From a virus (Duplodnaviria; Caudoviricetes): 64,000 nt of DNA. Below, piece after piece: positions 1 through 8,785 of this stretch. Positions within the stretch are counted from its first letter, which is position 1. Every line of letters begins with the position of its first letter. The translations under genes and the position numbers were made by a program. The notes below the pieces were generated by a model. That model was not told the origin of the DNA, made no database searches, and saw only the letters and a list, made by a program, of their open reading frames with translations. The DNA lies in IMG/VR virus record IMGVR_UViG_3300028888_000127, positions 3,964 to 67,963 of that record; one strand, 5' to 3'.

Positions 1-333
1 AATTTAATCACTAGAAATGATTACACAAGAGCTGAAGAATATTCACCAACACACCCAGACGCATTATCCACAGGTGACCCTCAAGGTAAAGGTACCGGAC
101 ATGGTGGACATACACACTCAATTCCTGATTGTACAGCGCCATCAACAATCAATTATTCAAACTTCGACACCAATGGAGGTGGAGGTGAATATGATATTAA
201 TGGAAGAAATGGCGTTGGCGGAAGAATTTTCTGTCAAAACATATCAATGTACAACGAATCAAACAGTTATTGTAATGTATCAATAGATACAAGTGCAAAT
301 GTAGCAGATGGACAAATAGTAATACCAGGTTAA
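1..333 (+). CDS. 3' part of a hypothetical (possibly virion) protein, truncated by the window edge
   Basis: Frame 1 is open from base 1 (NLITRNDYTRAEEYSPTHPDALSTGDPQGKG...DGQIVIPG*). Its TAA at 331-333 overlaps the next ATG (TAATG). It is not in the ORF track because it has no start inside the window. Confidence 0.8.
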   Translation, partial: NLITRNDYTRAEEYSPTHPDALSTGDPQGKGTGHGGHTHSIPDCTAPSTINYSNFDTNGGGGEYDINGRNGVGGRIFCQNISMYNESNSYCNVSIDTSANVADGQIVIPG

Positions 334-1190
334 TGAAAAAGAAAATAGAAAATATAAATGAGGCTTCTTCATTGTCTAAAAAAAGATTCGGAAAAGAAAC
401 TTGGCAATTAAGCAAAGAAGAGAAAATCCAATTTGCAATTGAAAATTGCCGTAGAATCCGAATTACTTATGACGATAAAAAAGGTGGAAAAGGTAAAAAT
501 ACAAGATACCTTTTGCCATTGGTATATGGTATTACAAAAAACGGGAAAAGTGCAATTAGGGCCTTTCAGACTTATGGCTCAACAAAAAGAGGTGTTCCAA
601 AATACAAACTATTCCTAACTGACAACATAGGACAAGTTGATTTAGGACGTGTAAAATATTATGATTATGAACAAGAATTACTAAGAACTGGATTTAACGA
701 TTCTGGAGATAAAGGATTCTCCGACATTTATTCGATAACTCCACTTGCAAGAAATTTCAATGGGGCAAATCTATCAAATCAAAATCAACCAATAGATTCA
801 AAACCGGTTCAAAAATCAGATATTGACAAAGGAGAAAAGCCACAAGCAACGACAATACATCAAACACAGCCAACACAAACAATAAATGTTGCGCAAAAAA
901 ATATTGACAATTTAGGGCAAAAAAGTTACTTTCAAAATAAAGTTGAGGCACCAGATACTGAGCCTGTTTCAAAAGGAGAAGTCGAAAACGGGGAAAATAT
1001 GCCACAACCAACACAGGTAAGCCAATCGCCAATTGATATTGGTGATGAAACGGAACCCGTAGAAAAATCAGATATCGAGCCTCAAATTAATACAGATAAT
1101 GTTTTATCTAAGTCTTATAAAGATATGATGGATAGAATGGATAATCTTTATAACGATGAAGATGAAGAAAATGATGAAGATAATTTATAA
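333..1190 (+). CDS. WYL-like domain protein with low-complexity acidic C-terminus
   Basis: The N-terminal RIRITYDD...RYLLPLVYG...IRAFQ...YKLFLTDNI resembles the WYL SH3-like pattern. The C-terminus has repeated PV(Q/S/E)K(S/G)(D/E)(I/V) units. Confidence 0.5.
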   Translation: MKKKIENINEASSLSKKRFGKETWQLSKEEKIQFAIENCRRIRITYDDKKGGKGKNTRYLLPLVYGITKNGKSAIRAFQTYGSTKRGVPKYKLFLTDNIGQVDLGRVKYYDYEQELLRTGFNDSGDKGFSDIYSITPLARNFNGANLSNQNQPIDSKPVQKSDIDKGEKPQATTIHQTQPTQTINVAQKNIDNLGQKSYFQNKVEAPDTEPVSKGEVENGENMPQPTQVSQSPIDIGDETEPVEKSDIEPQINTDNVLSKSYKDMMDRMDNLYNDEDEENDEDNL

Positions 1191-1195
1191 TTAAA

Positions 1196-1810
1196 ATGGC
1201 AGTTTCAAAACAACAATTAGCACAAATTATAGGAAAAGCAAGGGATTTATGTAATCCTGAAGGCGACAGGCTTGTTGAATCATATAAAGGTGATGGTATG
1301 GGCTCATATGACATGAACAATCCAGACCCGTCTCAATTCACTGATTATGAACAATTCGATAGAATGTATCTCAATGAAGAAGAGGATTATCAGCCGCAAA
1401 AAAGAAATGTTCAAACAAAAGACATTCGATATAATCAGCAAACGGCAGCAAATAGCAAAATGCCTGACAAAATCAAACAATCAATGCTTAATGAAGTCAT
1501 AGATGTAACTGCATTGGACAATCAGTCTGTTTTATCAGGAATGGAAATACCTGGCGGAAACAGAAAACCTAAACAAAGTAGAAGGCCCGTTAATGAACAA
1601 CAATATCAGGCACAAGGCGGAAACATTGACTATTCAATAATAAAAGCAATTGTAAATGAATGTCTTAATGAATATTTTTCAAGACAGCCGTTAAACGAAA
1701 GCAATTCAATAAGCACAATCGGGCTAAAAGCCGGCGCAATAAAGATTGTTGACAATAAAGGAAACGTTTATGCAGCTAAACTTGAAAAAATTGGAAATGC
1801 AAAAAATTAA
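1196..1810 (+). CDS. hypothetical protein
   Basis: 204 aa ORF in operon-like spacing with the upstream gene, followed by a terminator. Confidence 0.8.
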   Translation: MAVSKQQLAQIIGKARDLCNPEGDRLVESYKGDGMGSYDMNNPDPSQFTDYEQFDRMYLNEEEDYQPQKRNVQTKDIRYNQQTAANSKMPDKIKQSMLNEVIDVTALDNQSVLSGMEIPGGNRKPKQSRRPVNEQQYQAQGGNIDYSIIKAIVNECLNEYFSRQPLNESNSISTIGLKAGAIKIVDNKGNVYAAKLEKIGNAKN

Positions 1811-1831
1811 CGAAATAATTAATTTATAAAG

Positions 1832-1861
1832 AAAAGTCGGTCAGAAACGGCTGACTTTTTT
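1832..1861 (+). terminator. intrinsic (bidirectional-type) terminator, repeat family A
   Basis: AAAAGTCGGTCAGAAACGGCTGACTTTTTT; a near-identical copy lies at 23096-23126. Confidence 0.8.
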
Positions 1862-1872
1862 GTTTATAACAA

Positions 1873-1882
1873 ACTATTTATA
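1873..1882 (+). promoter_or_regulatory. putative late promoter motif ACTATTTATA
   Basis: The motif recurs on the coding strand shortly upstream of many start codons across the window. Confidence 0.6.
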
Positions 1883-1898
1883 AAGAAAAGTTTTAGAA

Positions 1899-2300
1899 AT
1901 GAGTAAAAAACAAGTAATTAAAATTAACGAAAATAAACTTAAACAGATAGTAATGGAGTCTGTGAAAAGGGTGCTAAAAGAAGAAGTTGATATTGGACAG
2001 ATTCTGTCTTCATATGATAATAAAGTTGCAAGACAGAATAGAATGAATCTTGAAAATCGCCCAGAAATAACCGCTGCCAGAAAAGAACTAAGACGTTTAA
2101 GAAATTCCATTGAAGATGTAGAACAAAAAGGTGGTGATATTACACCTATAAGACAAAAGATGATAAACATATCAAATCATTATTTTGATAGAAATTACAT
2201 TTGGCATTTGCAAAGAGGTGATAAATGGGTTGATTTCAAAGGCTGGTTTGATATTGACGGAAATCCTGCTCCAGGAAATGAAGAATTGGAATGGGATTAA
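1899..2300 (+). CDS. conserved-leader protein 1 (IKINENKLKQIVMESVKRVLKEE leader plus unique cargo)
   Basis: The N-terminal ~29 aa is shared with ORFs 2493-2774 and 26945-27277; the rest is unrelated. Confidence 0.85.
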   Translation: MSKKQVIKINENKLKQIVMESVKRVLKEEVDIGQILSSYDNKVARQNRMNLENRPEITAARKELRRLRNSIEDVEQKGGDITPIRQKMINISNHYFDRNYIWHLQRGDKWVDFKGWFDIDGNPAPGNEELEWD

Positions 2301-2425
2301 GCAGCGCACTTGACAACTTTAACTTCCTAGAATGTGACAACATTCAGGGCGTGTTCCATAATAGCAGCGAATCTTTCGCCGCACTTCTTTTTTCTAATTT
2401 TGTGCCATCATGTATATAGTTCCCT

Positions 2426-2456
2426 AAAAAAGTCGGCCATTTGACCGGCCTTTTTT
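2426..2456 (+). terminator. intrinsic terminator, direct repeat with 2776-2807
   Basis: AAAAAAGTCGGCCATTTGACCGGCCTTTTTT. Confidence 0.75.
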
Positions 2457-2465
2457 GTATTACTG

Positions 2466-2475
2466 ACTATTTATA
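2466..2475 (+). promoter_or_regulatory. putative late promoter ACTATTTATA
   Basis: ACTATTTATAAAGAAAAGTTTT is identical to the sequence starting at 1873. Confidence 0.6.
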
Positions 2476-2492
2476 AAGAAAAGTTTTGAAAA

Positions 2493-2774
2493 ATGAACAA
2501 GAAACAAAAAATTAGAATTAACGAGAACCAATTAAAGAAAATCGTTACGGAATCTGTGAAAAATGTTTTGAAAGAAGAACAAGAAAATACATATGAAACA
2601 TTAATAGAAATCATGAATAAACTTGATATGATTATGCATAGCGGATTTATACCATTTTCTTCACCAAGTCCATCATCGACAGAAAAAAAAGTCGCTGATT
2701 CAATAAGGCAAGCAAATGAATTATTAAAACAAGCCGCTATTGGTTGTAAACAATTAGGATATGGGCTTAATTAA
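2493..2774 (+). CDS. conserved-leader protein 2
   Basis: MNKKQKIRINENQLKKIVTESVKNVLKEE leader, with its own promoter motif and terminator. Confidence 0.85.
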   Translation: MNKKQKIRINENQLKKIVTESVKNVLKEEQENTYETLIEIMNKLDMIMHSGFIPFSSPSPSSTEKKVADSIRQANELLKQAAIGCKQLGYGLN

Positions 2775-2775
2775 G

Positions 2776-2807
2776 AAAAAAAAGTCGGCCATTTGACCGA
2801 CTTTTTT
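2776..2807. terminator. bidirectional terminator between convergent genes
   Basis: A-tract, AGTCGGCC/ATTT/GACCGACT hairpin, then T-tract; it abuts the polB stop codon. Confidence 0.85.
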
Positions 2808-4090
2808 ATGCTTCAGTTTCTACTTCATTTTCAAATTCAAGAGCATTTATTTTTTCTTCTTTGGCATCCAAAACATCAAGTATTGTACCGATTACAATGT
2901 CTTTATATTCTTTTGACATAAACTTTCCTGTCAATGGGTCAACATCAACAATTTCAAGCATTGCTTTTGGCATGTCTCCATCTTCAAAATCCTCAAGTTC
3001 TTCAAGAGTCATATTTGATACTATTTCATTGAATTTTGCCTTTACCTTATCAATTCCAAGTTGTCTTTCAATTTCCATTCTTTCAATGTAATCATTTTTG
3101 ATTTGTTCCCAATCCATTTCACAGTAATCCAAATACGGTGGTTCCCATTCAGGATGTGACATCCAAAACTTAATTTCCCTATCATCAAGAGTCATAAGTT
3201 GTTCATATGTGTCTTGGTCGGTTTCTTTATTTGGGAAGCCATTGCATAATTCACATTGGTCATATGTGAAATATTGTCTGTCATCAGGATTTGTAATTAG
3301 AATTTTATTTCTAATTTCAGGCCTGAAACAAACCAAAAGAGGTGTAATTCTTTTATTGAATTGGTCAATATACTTTTGTACATTATATTCTTCGCCCTCT
3401 TTACACATTATATCTTCTTCTGAATCAACAATTTCTCTTGGTACCAATTTGCAATTAAGTATTACCTCATCTTCGATTATAACATCTGAATGATGTTTTT
3501 TTACATAATCGTTAAATGACAAAGCACGTTCTTTTGGCGCTAACTTTCCATCAACATTGTTTTTTTTCCATTCTTTTTCCAATGCAACCCTGTAATCGGT
3601 TTTTTCTCCAAATAATCCGTCTACCTTATAATAATGTGTTACTTTTTTTGCATCAGTTTGTGACTTTGTTTTTCCGATATTGATATAATAAATTGTTTCA
3701 CCCATACTAACATTAAGATTTTCTCTTAATGCAAGTTCCATCCATGCTTGTCTTGATTTTGGCCTACCTGCTTTTGTTATTGTTTTGCAATCTTCAATAT
3801 ATTCATCCAATGATTTTTTAATTTTTCCTTTTGAAGCAATCATTTTCAATGGAATTTGATAATTGTAAATTTTTTCGATATAGTCATAATATGCTTCAAT
3901 AAAGTCTTGGCCTTTTTTGCGCAAAAGAAGTCTTATACCTTTTTCCAAGAATTTTGAAATATATTCAGGCATTTTTTTTGACTTAATTGTGTTACCAACC
4001 ATTTTAACATCCTTCGGAAATTCTTCATCAGGGAAATAGTCTGCATAGTTCTTTCTACTAAAGTTAATTGTTGCTGAAACAACTTCATCT
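2806..4090 (-). CDS. polB: family B DNA polymerase, C-terminal subunit exon 2
   Basis: The frame is open upstream of the tracked ATG to 4090: (I)DEVVSATINFSRKNYADYFPDEEFPKDVKMVGNTIKSKK (K-x-Y and palm/thumb region), then SKGKIKK and YNVQKYIDQF. Confidence 0.9.
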
Positions 4091-4407
4091 CATAATATAA
4101 CACTTTTATCTATATGTGTCTTTAAGACTATATCATCACCTTTTTTTAAAAAAGGGCCTCCCATTTCCACTTAATAGTGTACTTCCTTTCGGAATAGTCG
4201 TTGAACCTTTATCTCATTGAGATACTTGGCTGCTTTTAGTTGATTGTCCCATATATAAGGTTTTCACGGTTAAATTGGCATTGCCCAATCTTTTTTATCT
4301 ATATTACTATGATAAAATCGTACTTATATACTCGTTTTTTTTGGGATTTCCAGCAATTAGAGAGGTTATTGCCCTAACATCACTGTTAGGCGGCACAGAT
4401 TCTGTTT
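4091..4407 (-). mobile_element. group I intron (IA2-like, 317 nt, no ORF) in polB
   Basis: P1 is GGCAU/GUGCC with a U.G pair at the splice site. Also P2 CCUAACA-GUGA-UGUUAGG, AAUUGCUGGAAA (P), GCAGCCAAG (Q), GGUUCAACGACUA (R), P7.1 UUCC-GAAA-GGAA, GAUAUAGUC (S) and a terminal G at 4091. Splicing restores KMGLGI-DEVV in frame. Confidence 0.93.
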
Positions 4408-4715
4408 ATGCCAAGACCCATCTTGTTTACACAATTTGGGCCATAGTGGAAGTCTTTCATGAACAAATCATTGAATTCAGCAACATCTGCTTTGAACCCT
4501 ATATATTCAACATCTTTTTTCGTTTCCCTCGACAAGCCAGGGCTTATATATGGATGTTCTTTCGTATATCTGAATCTATCATCATCAGGTAATTTAAAGT
4601 TGAACCCATCAGTGTTTGAAATTGCATTACATCCAAGTGCGTTTACAACACTACCATCAAGTGATATATCGTAAACATAACTAGTTGTTTTTCCTTTGTT
4701 TTTAACTTTCATCAT
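4408..4715 (-). CDS. polB: split intein C-half (34 aa) fused to polB C-terminal subunit exon 1
   Basis: MMKVKNKGKTTSYVYDISLDGSVVNALGCNAISN|TDGFNF...KMGLGI. Intein blocks F/G end in Asn and the +1 residue is Thr of the polymerase DTD motif. Confidence 0.9.
4614..4715 (-). mobile_element. split intein, IntC
   Basis: VYDISLDG (block F), terminal SN (Ser instead of the usual His), followed by the Thr nucleophile. Confidence 0.88.
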
Positions 4716-4741
4716 TTATGCGATTTTTATAAAAGTACAAA

Positions 4742-6427
4742 TTATCTTTCGTTTTTCCAAACATATTTTATTAATCCGCAGTCATATATTTTATAATAGC
4801 CCAATTTTTCAGTCATTTCAGATTCTGTCATTGATAATTGGAAACCATATTTTTTGTGAAGTATTTGCTTTCTTAAATTAAATTTATGAACTCTTTTTTG
4901 CGTGAAATTTATGTTAACATATCTGTAATCAGGCGGAAGAATTTTAATTAGTTTAAATCCTATTTTTGTATATACATTGTTTTCATAATTAATCGTCCAT
5001 CTTCTATCAGCAAATGATTTAACTTCTTTTGGATTAAATATTTTTAAAAAATGCTTAAATAATTTACCGCCAACTCCACAGCAAACATAGTTATAATTTG
5101 TTGCAAATCTAATTAATTCCCATTCGTTATTGTTGTTTACTTTTTTAAATTGCATAACACCGACTAATTTATTTTCAAAAAAAGCTCCATAACTTACTGT
5201 AGAATTGCCATACCCTTGAATATGATATTCTGTTAAAAAGCATTTTGCTTCTTGTTTTGTAATCTCTTTTATTTCACAATTTCTTGCATATATTTTTTCT
5301 TTATTATTATTTAAGCCTAATATATGCTTTAATTTTTCTTTTACGATTTTATCATGGTATAGCCATTCATCTTCGAAAATATGTAATAGGTCTATCCCTT
5401 TATCTTTACATTGTTCAGTTTTAAGCAAATGATAATTTTTATCTTTGTTAAATAACTCAGAGTGCCATCTAATACCATCAAATTCTATAGCTATTTTTTT
5501 TTCAGGTATATATATGTCTAATTCTTTTGGCTTAATAACATTTCTGTTTCTTGTTTCAATTTTTCCTGTATATATTTCTTTTAAAAAACTTATAAGTTCT
5601 TCTTCCCCTGTTGATTTTGAATGCCCACATATTTGGCATCCACTGCCATGAATATGTGCATCTGGCGTTTGTAAAAATTCTCCATGTTTAGGACAAATTA
5701 TTGTTATATTGGATTTAGAATTAATATAGTTAACTTTTGAATAATCATACTTATCTCCATGTATTTCTTTTGCCTTTTTAACAAAATCATCAAGTTTCAT
5801 TGTCTCTGCAAAAGAAGCGTTAATTCTTCCACATTTAGGACATCCACATTTTAAATTATTATGTGCATATGGAGTTTGCCAAAACTCGCCATGCTCAGGA
5901 CATATGATGCAAACTTTAGTATTTGCATTAACATATTCTGTTTTTGAGTAGTCATATTTGTTTCCATGAACTTCTTTTGCTTTTTCTATAAAATCTTCTT
6001 TTTTAAATGAAAATAAAATCCTTTTTTTATTTGAAAAGCATTTTGGACAGCCATTACCATTTAAATGAGCATATGGTGCTTGACAAAATTCTCCATGTTC
6101 AGGACAAATTATACAGACTTTAGTCCTATTGTTTACATATTTCACTCTTGAATAATCATATTTTTCACCGTGTACTTTTTTTGCTTTTTCTATAAAATCT
6201 TCTTTATTATTTTTTTTTGCATTATTTGATTTTATATGGCCACATTTAGGACATCCACATTTTAAATTGTTATGCACATATGGAGTTTGCCAAAATTCAC
6301 CGTGCTCAGGACAAATTATACAAACTTTAGTATCACAATTTTTATAAATTACTTTTGAATAATCATATCTATTATTGTGAATTTCTTTTGCTTTATTAAT
6401 AAAAAATATATTTTTATTTTTTTCCAT
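4742..6427 (-). CDS. free-standing Hef-like homing endonuclease (4 Zn repeats, Vsr/PD-(D/E)XK nuclease, Mom-like GNAT domain)
   Basis: 4 x KAKxxHxxKYDYS...CPxHGEF..GCxxC; LDIYIPEKKIAIEFDGIRWHSE...HIFEDEW; IYARNC...ELIRF...SFADRRW...YTKIGF. Confidence 0.85.
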   Translation of the reverse strand: MEKNKNIFFINKAKEIHNNRYDYSKVIYKNCDTKVCIICPEHGEFWQTPYVHNNLKCGCPKCGHIKSNNAKKNNKEDFIEKAKKVHGEKYDYSRVKYVNNRTKVCIICPEHGEFCQAPYAHLNGNGCPKCFSNKKRILFSFKKEDFIEKAKEVHGNKYDYSKTEYVNANTKVCIICPEHGEFWQTPYAHNNLKCGCPKCGRINASFAETMKLDDFVKKAKEIHGDKYDYSKVNYINSKSNITIICPKHGEFLQTPDAHIHGSGCQICGHSKSTGEEELISFLKEIYTGKIETRNRNVIKPKELDIYIPEKKIAIEFDGIRWHSELFNKDKNYHLLKTEQCKDKGIDLLHIFEDEWLYHDKIVKEKLKHILGLNNNKEKIYARNCEIKEITKQEAKCFLTEYHIQGYGNSTVSYGAFFENKLVGVMQFKKVNNNNEWELIRFATNYNYVCCGVGGKLFKHFLKIFNPKEVKSFADRRWTINYENNVYTKIGFKLIKILPPDYRYVNINFTQKRVHKFNLRKQILHKKYGFQLSMTESEMTEKLGYYKIYDCGLIKYVWKNER

Positions 6428-6439
6428 TTTCGTTTTTTT

Positions 6440-6449
6440 TATAAATAGT
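6440..6449 (-). promoter_or_regulatory. putative late promoter ACTATTTATA
   Basis: Lies 13 nt upstream of the ATG at 6427. Confidence 0.6.
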
Positions 6450-6490
6450 TTATAATCCTAAATTATTAAACATTTTACCATCAAATCAAA

Positions 6491-8167
6491 TTATCTTTTG
6501 TTTTTCCAAATATATTTTAAAGTTCCGCAATCATATATTCTATACCACCCATTGTTTTCACAAAATTGTTTTTCTGTCATATTTTTAGGACATCCATATT
6601 TTTCAACTAAAATATTTTTCCTTAATGAAAATCTATTAATTCGTTTTTTATTTATAACATAAAAATAACTTGGTTCTGTTGTTCCATAAAATTCAAATCC
6701 AATGGCTTCATATAAGTTTCCATTCGACCATCTTCTATCGGCAAAAGTTTCAATTTTTAAAGGATTGTATTTTTCAATAAAATATTTAATCAATTTACTT
6801 GCTGCACCAATAACATTAAAATCTATCTTGTTACAAAATCGAATGAGTTCATAAGTGTTGTCTTCATTTTTTCTTGAAATGTTTATTCTTTTTTTGCCAA
6901 AAGTCATCAATGAAACTAATTCATCTTTATAATAAAGTCCAATTCTTATTTTTGACGGTACGTATCCTTGTAAATGATTTGTTTGTAAAAATAATTTACT
7001 GTCACTTAATGACACTTCTTTTATTTCACAATTCCTTGCGTATATTTTTTCGCTTGTTAAATGTAATATATTTCTTATTCTACTTTTGCAAATTTCATTT
7101 TTATACTTCCATTCATCTTCGAAAATATGAATTAGAGTAACATTTTTTTCTGCGCATTTTTCCGTTTTTAATAAATGATAATTTTTATTGTTTTCAAATT
7201 TTTCAGAATGCCAAATCAACCCATTCATTTCAAAGCCAATTTTATGCTTTGGTACATAGACATCTATTTCTTTTCCGTCTAATATGCTCCTATCATTTTC
7301 TACGATGGTTTCGTTTGGTAATATTTCTTGTATAAACTCTAACAATTCTTTTTCCACAAAAGATTTATCTTTAAAGCATTTAGGACAGCCTTCGCCAAAA
7401 ATATGGTTTCTTGCTATTTGCGAAAATTCTCCATGAATAGGGCAAATTATAGTAACATTATTTTTACTGTTAGTATAATCAACTTTGGAATAATCATATT
7501 TATTACCATGTGTTATTTTTGCCTTTTCAATAAATTCTTCTGTTGTTAATGTTTTCTCTCCTGAAGTTTTTTCATGCCCACAAATAGGACACCCTTGTTT
7601 CCCTTTTATGTGGTTGTTGAATGTTTGATAAAAAACTCCATGTTGTTTACATATAATAGGATATTTTTCTCTATCATTTTTATATTCAGTAATTAACGAA
7701 TAATCATATTTATTTCCGTGAATTTCTTTAGCCAGAGAAATGACATCTTCAAGGCTTCTTCTTTTACCATTTGCTGATTTTATATATCTACACTTTGGGC
7801 AGCCTTCACCGGAAAGCAAATGTCCTGGCACTATTTCGAAATCTCCATGGTCTTTACATGTAACAACTATTTTTGTCTTATTGTTTATATATTCAACTTT
7901 GTCAAATGAATAATTAGAGCAATGTTCCAATTTTGATACTTTCTCTATGAATCTTTTTGTGTCATATCTGCCTTTATTACTACAGAATGGACATCCTTGT
8001 TTCCTACTTATGTGGTGTTCAAAATCCTTATAAAAAACGCCATGCTCTTTGCATATTATAGGGTTTTTTATTTTCATTCCTCTATATTCATTAATCAATG
8101 AATAATCATAAGCATTGTTATGAATTTCATTTGATTTTGTAATTAAATCGTTTAATTTGTTTTCCAT
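6491..8167 (-). CDS. second Hef-like homing endonuclease (same architecture)
   Basis: 4 Zn repeats; IDVYVPKHKIGFEMNGLIWHSE...HIFEDEW; YELIRFCNK...TFADRRWSNGNLYEAIGF. Confidence 0.85.
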   Translation of the reverse strand: MENKLNDLITKSNEIHNNAYDYSLINEYRGMKIKNPIICKEHGVFYKDFEHHISRKQGCPFCSNKGRYDTKRFIEKVSKLEHCSNYSFDKVEYINNKTKIVVTCKDHGDFEIVPGHLLSGEGCPKCRYIKSANGKRRSLEDVISLAKEIHGNKYDYSLITEYKNDREKYPIICKQHGVFYQTFNNHIKGKQGCPICGHEKTSGEKTLTTEEFIEKAKITHGNKYDYSKVDYTNSKNNVTIICPIHGEFSQIARNHIFGEGCPKCFKDKSFVEKELLEFIQEILPNETIVENDRSILDGKEIDVYVPKHKIGFEMNGLIWHSEKFENNKNYHLLKTEKCAEKNVTLIHIFEDEWKYKNEICKSRIRNILHLTSEKIYARNCEIKEVSLSDSKLFLQTNHLQGYVPSKIRIGLYYKDELVSLMTFGKKRINISRKNEDNTYELIRFCNKIDFNVIGAASKLIKYFIEKYNPLKIETFADRRWSNGNLYEAIGFEFYGTTEPSYFYVINKKRINRFSLRKNILVEKYGCPKNMTEKQFCENNGWYRIYDCGTLKYIWKNKR

Positions 8168-8215
8168 AGCATTATTTATATATAAATATCCAAATAATCC
8201 AAAAAAGCAATTATT

Positions 8216-8785
8216 TTATTGTACATTTTTTAGAAATTGTAATCCGGCTAAACATGTTTTTGAAAATTTTACGTTTTCATCATAATTTTCCATGAAAATT
8301 TTATAAAAAAGTTTTTTATATGATTCTGAATAATTAAGTACTTTTTGTGGAACCCTATCTATTTCTCCTTTTGCAAGTGCAATTGCAGACTCATGGATAT
8401 ATTTTCCTTGGCTCGCAAGATATCTTATATTAGGAAAATCTATTTTTCCGTTAAAATATTCAAGTTTAGTATTGTCTGTTATTTCAGAAGGCTTGATTTT
8501 TTCTTTATTTGAATCAAACAGGCTATGGTCTTCTGTGACTTCAACAAACATTTCTCCATCTGAAATTTCATAAATATCCTTATCCGTTTTATGCCTATAA
8601 ATATAAGATGGCTCTACCCATCCACTTCTACATAATACATAATATGGTTTTTCCCCATAATCGTATTCACGGCCTAATTCATCAATGCTAATTTGACTTT
8701 CATCAATAAGTTCACATATAGGAACAATGTCAATAAGCCCTGTTTCTTTGTACTTAATAAACAACGGCGTATCTTCTGTAAAAGA
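8216..8785 (-). mobile_element. split intein, IntN (189 aa)
   Basis: Block A SFTEDTPLFIK and block B VEVTEDHSLF. There is no intein C-terminus before the stop codon. Confidence 0.9.

Noticed and set aside
17-286. Tracked 89-aa ORF
   Set aside because: Shadow frame. Frame 1 (1-333) gives a better protein and couples to the next gene through TAATG.
2319-2418. Possible antisense gene remnant in the spacer (YIHDGTKLEK / EVRRKIRCYYGTRPECCHILG)
   Set aside because: It needs a frameshift, has no start codon and matches nothing I recognise, so it is consistent with chance.
4386-4407. C-terminal NRICAA* of tracked ORF 4386-4715
   Set aside because: This is intron sequence (P1 loop and internal guide sequence), not protein.
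4275-4881. Plus-strand ORFs 4275-4592, 4459-4674 and 4696-4881
   Set aside because: Antisense to the intron, IntC exon and endonuclease; no motifs.
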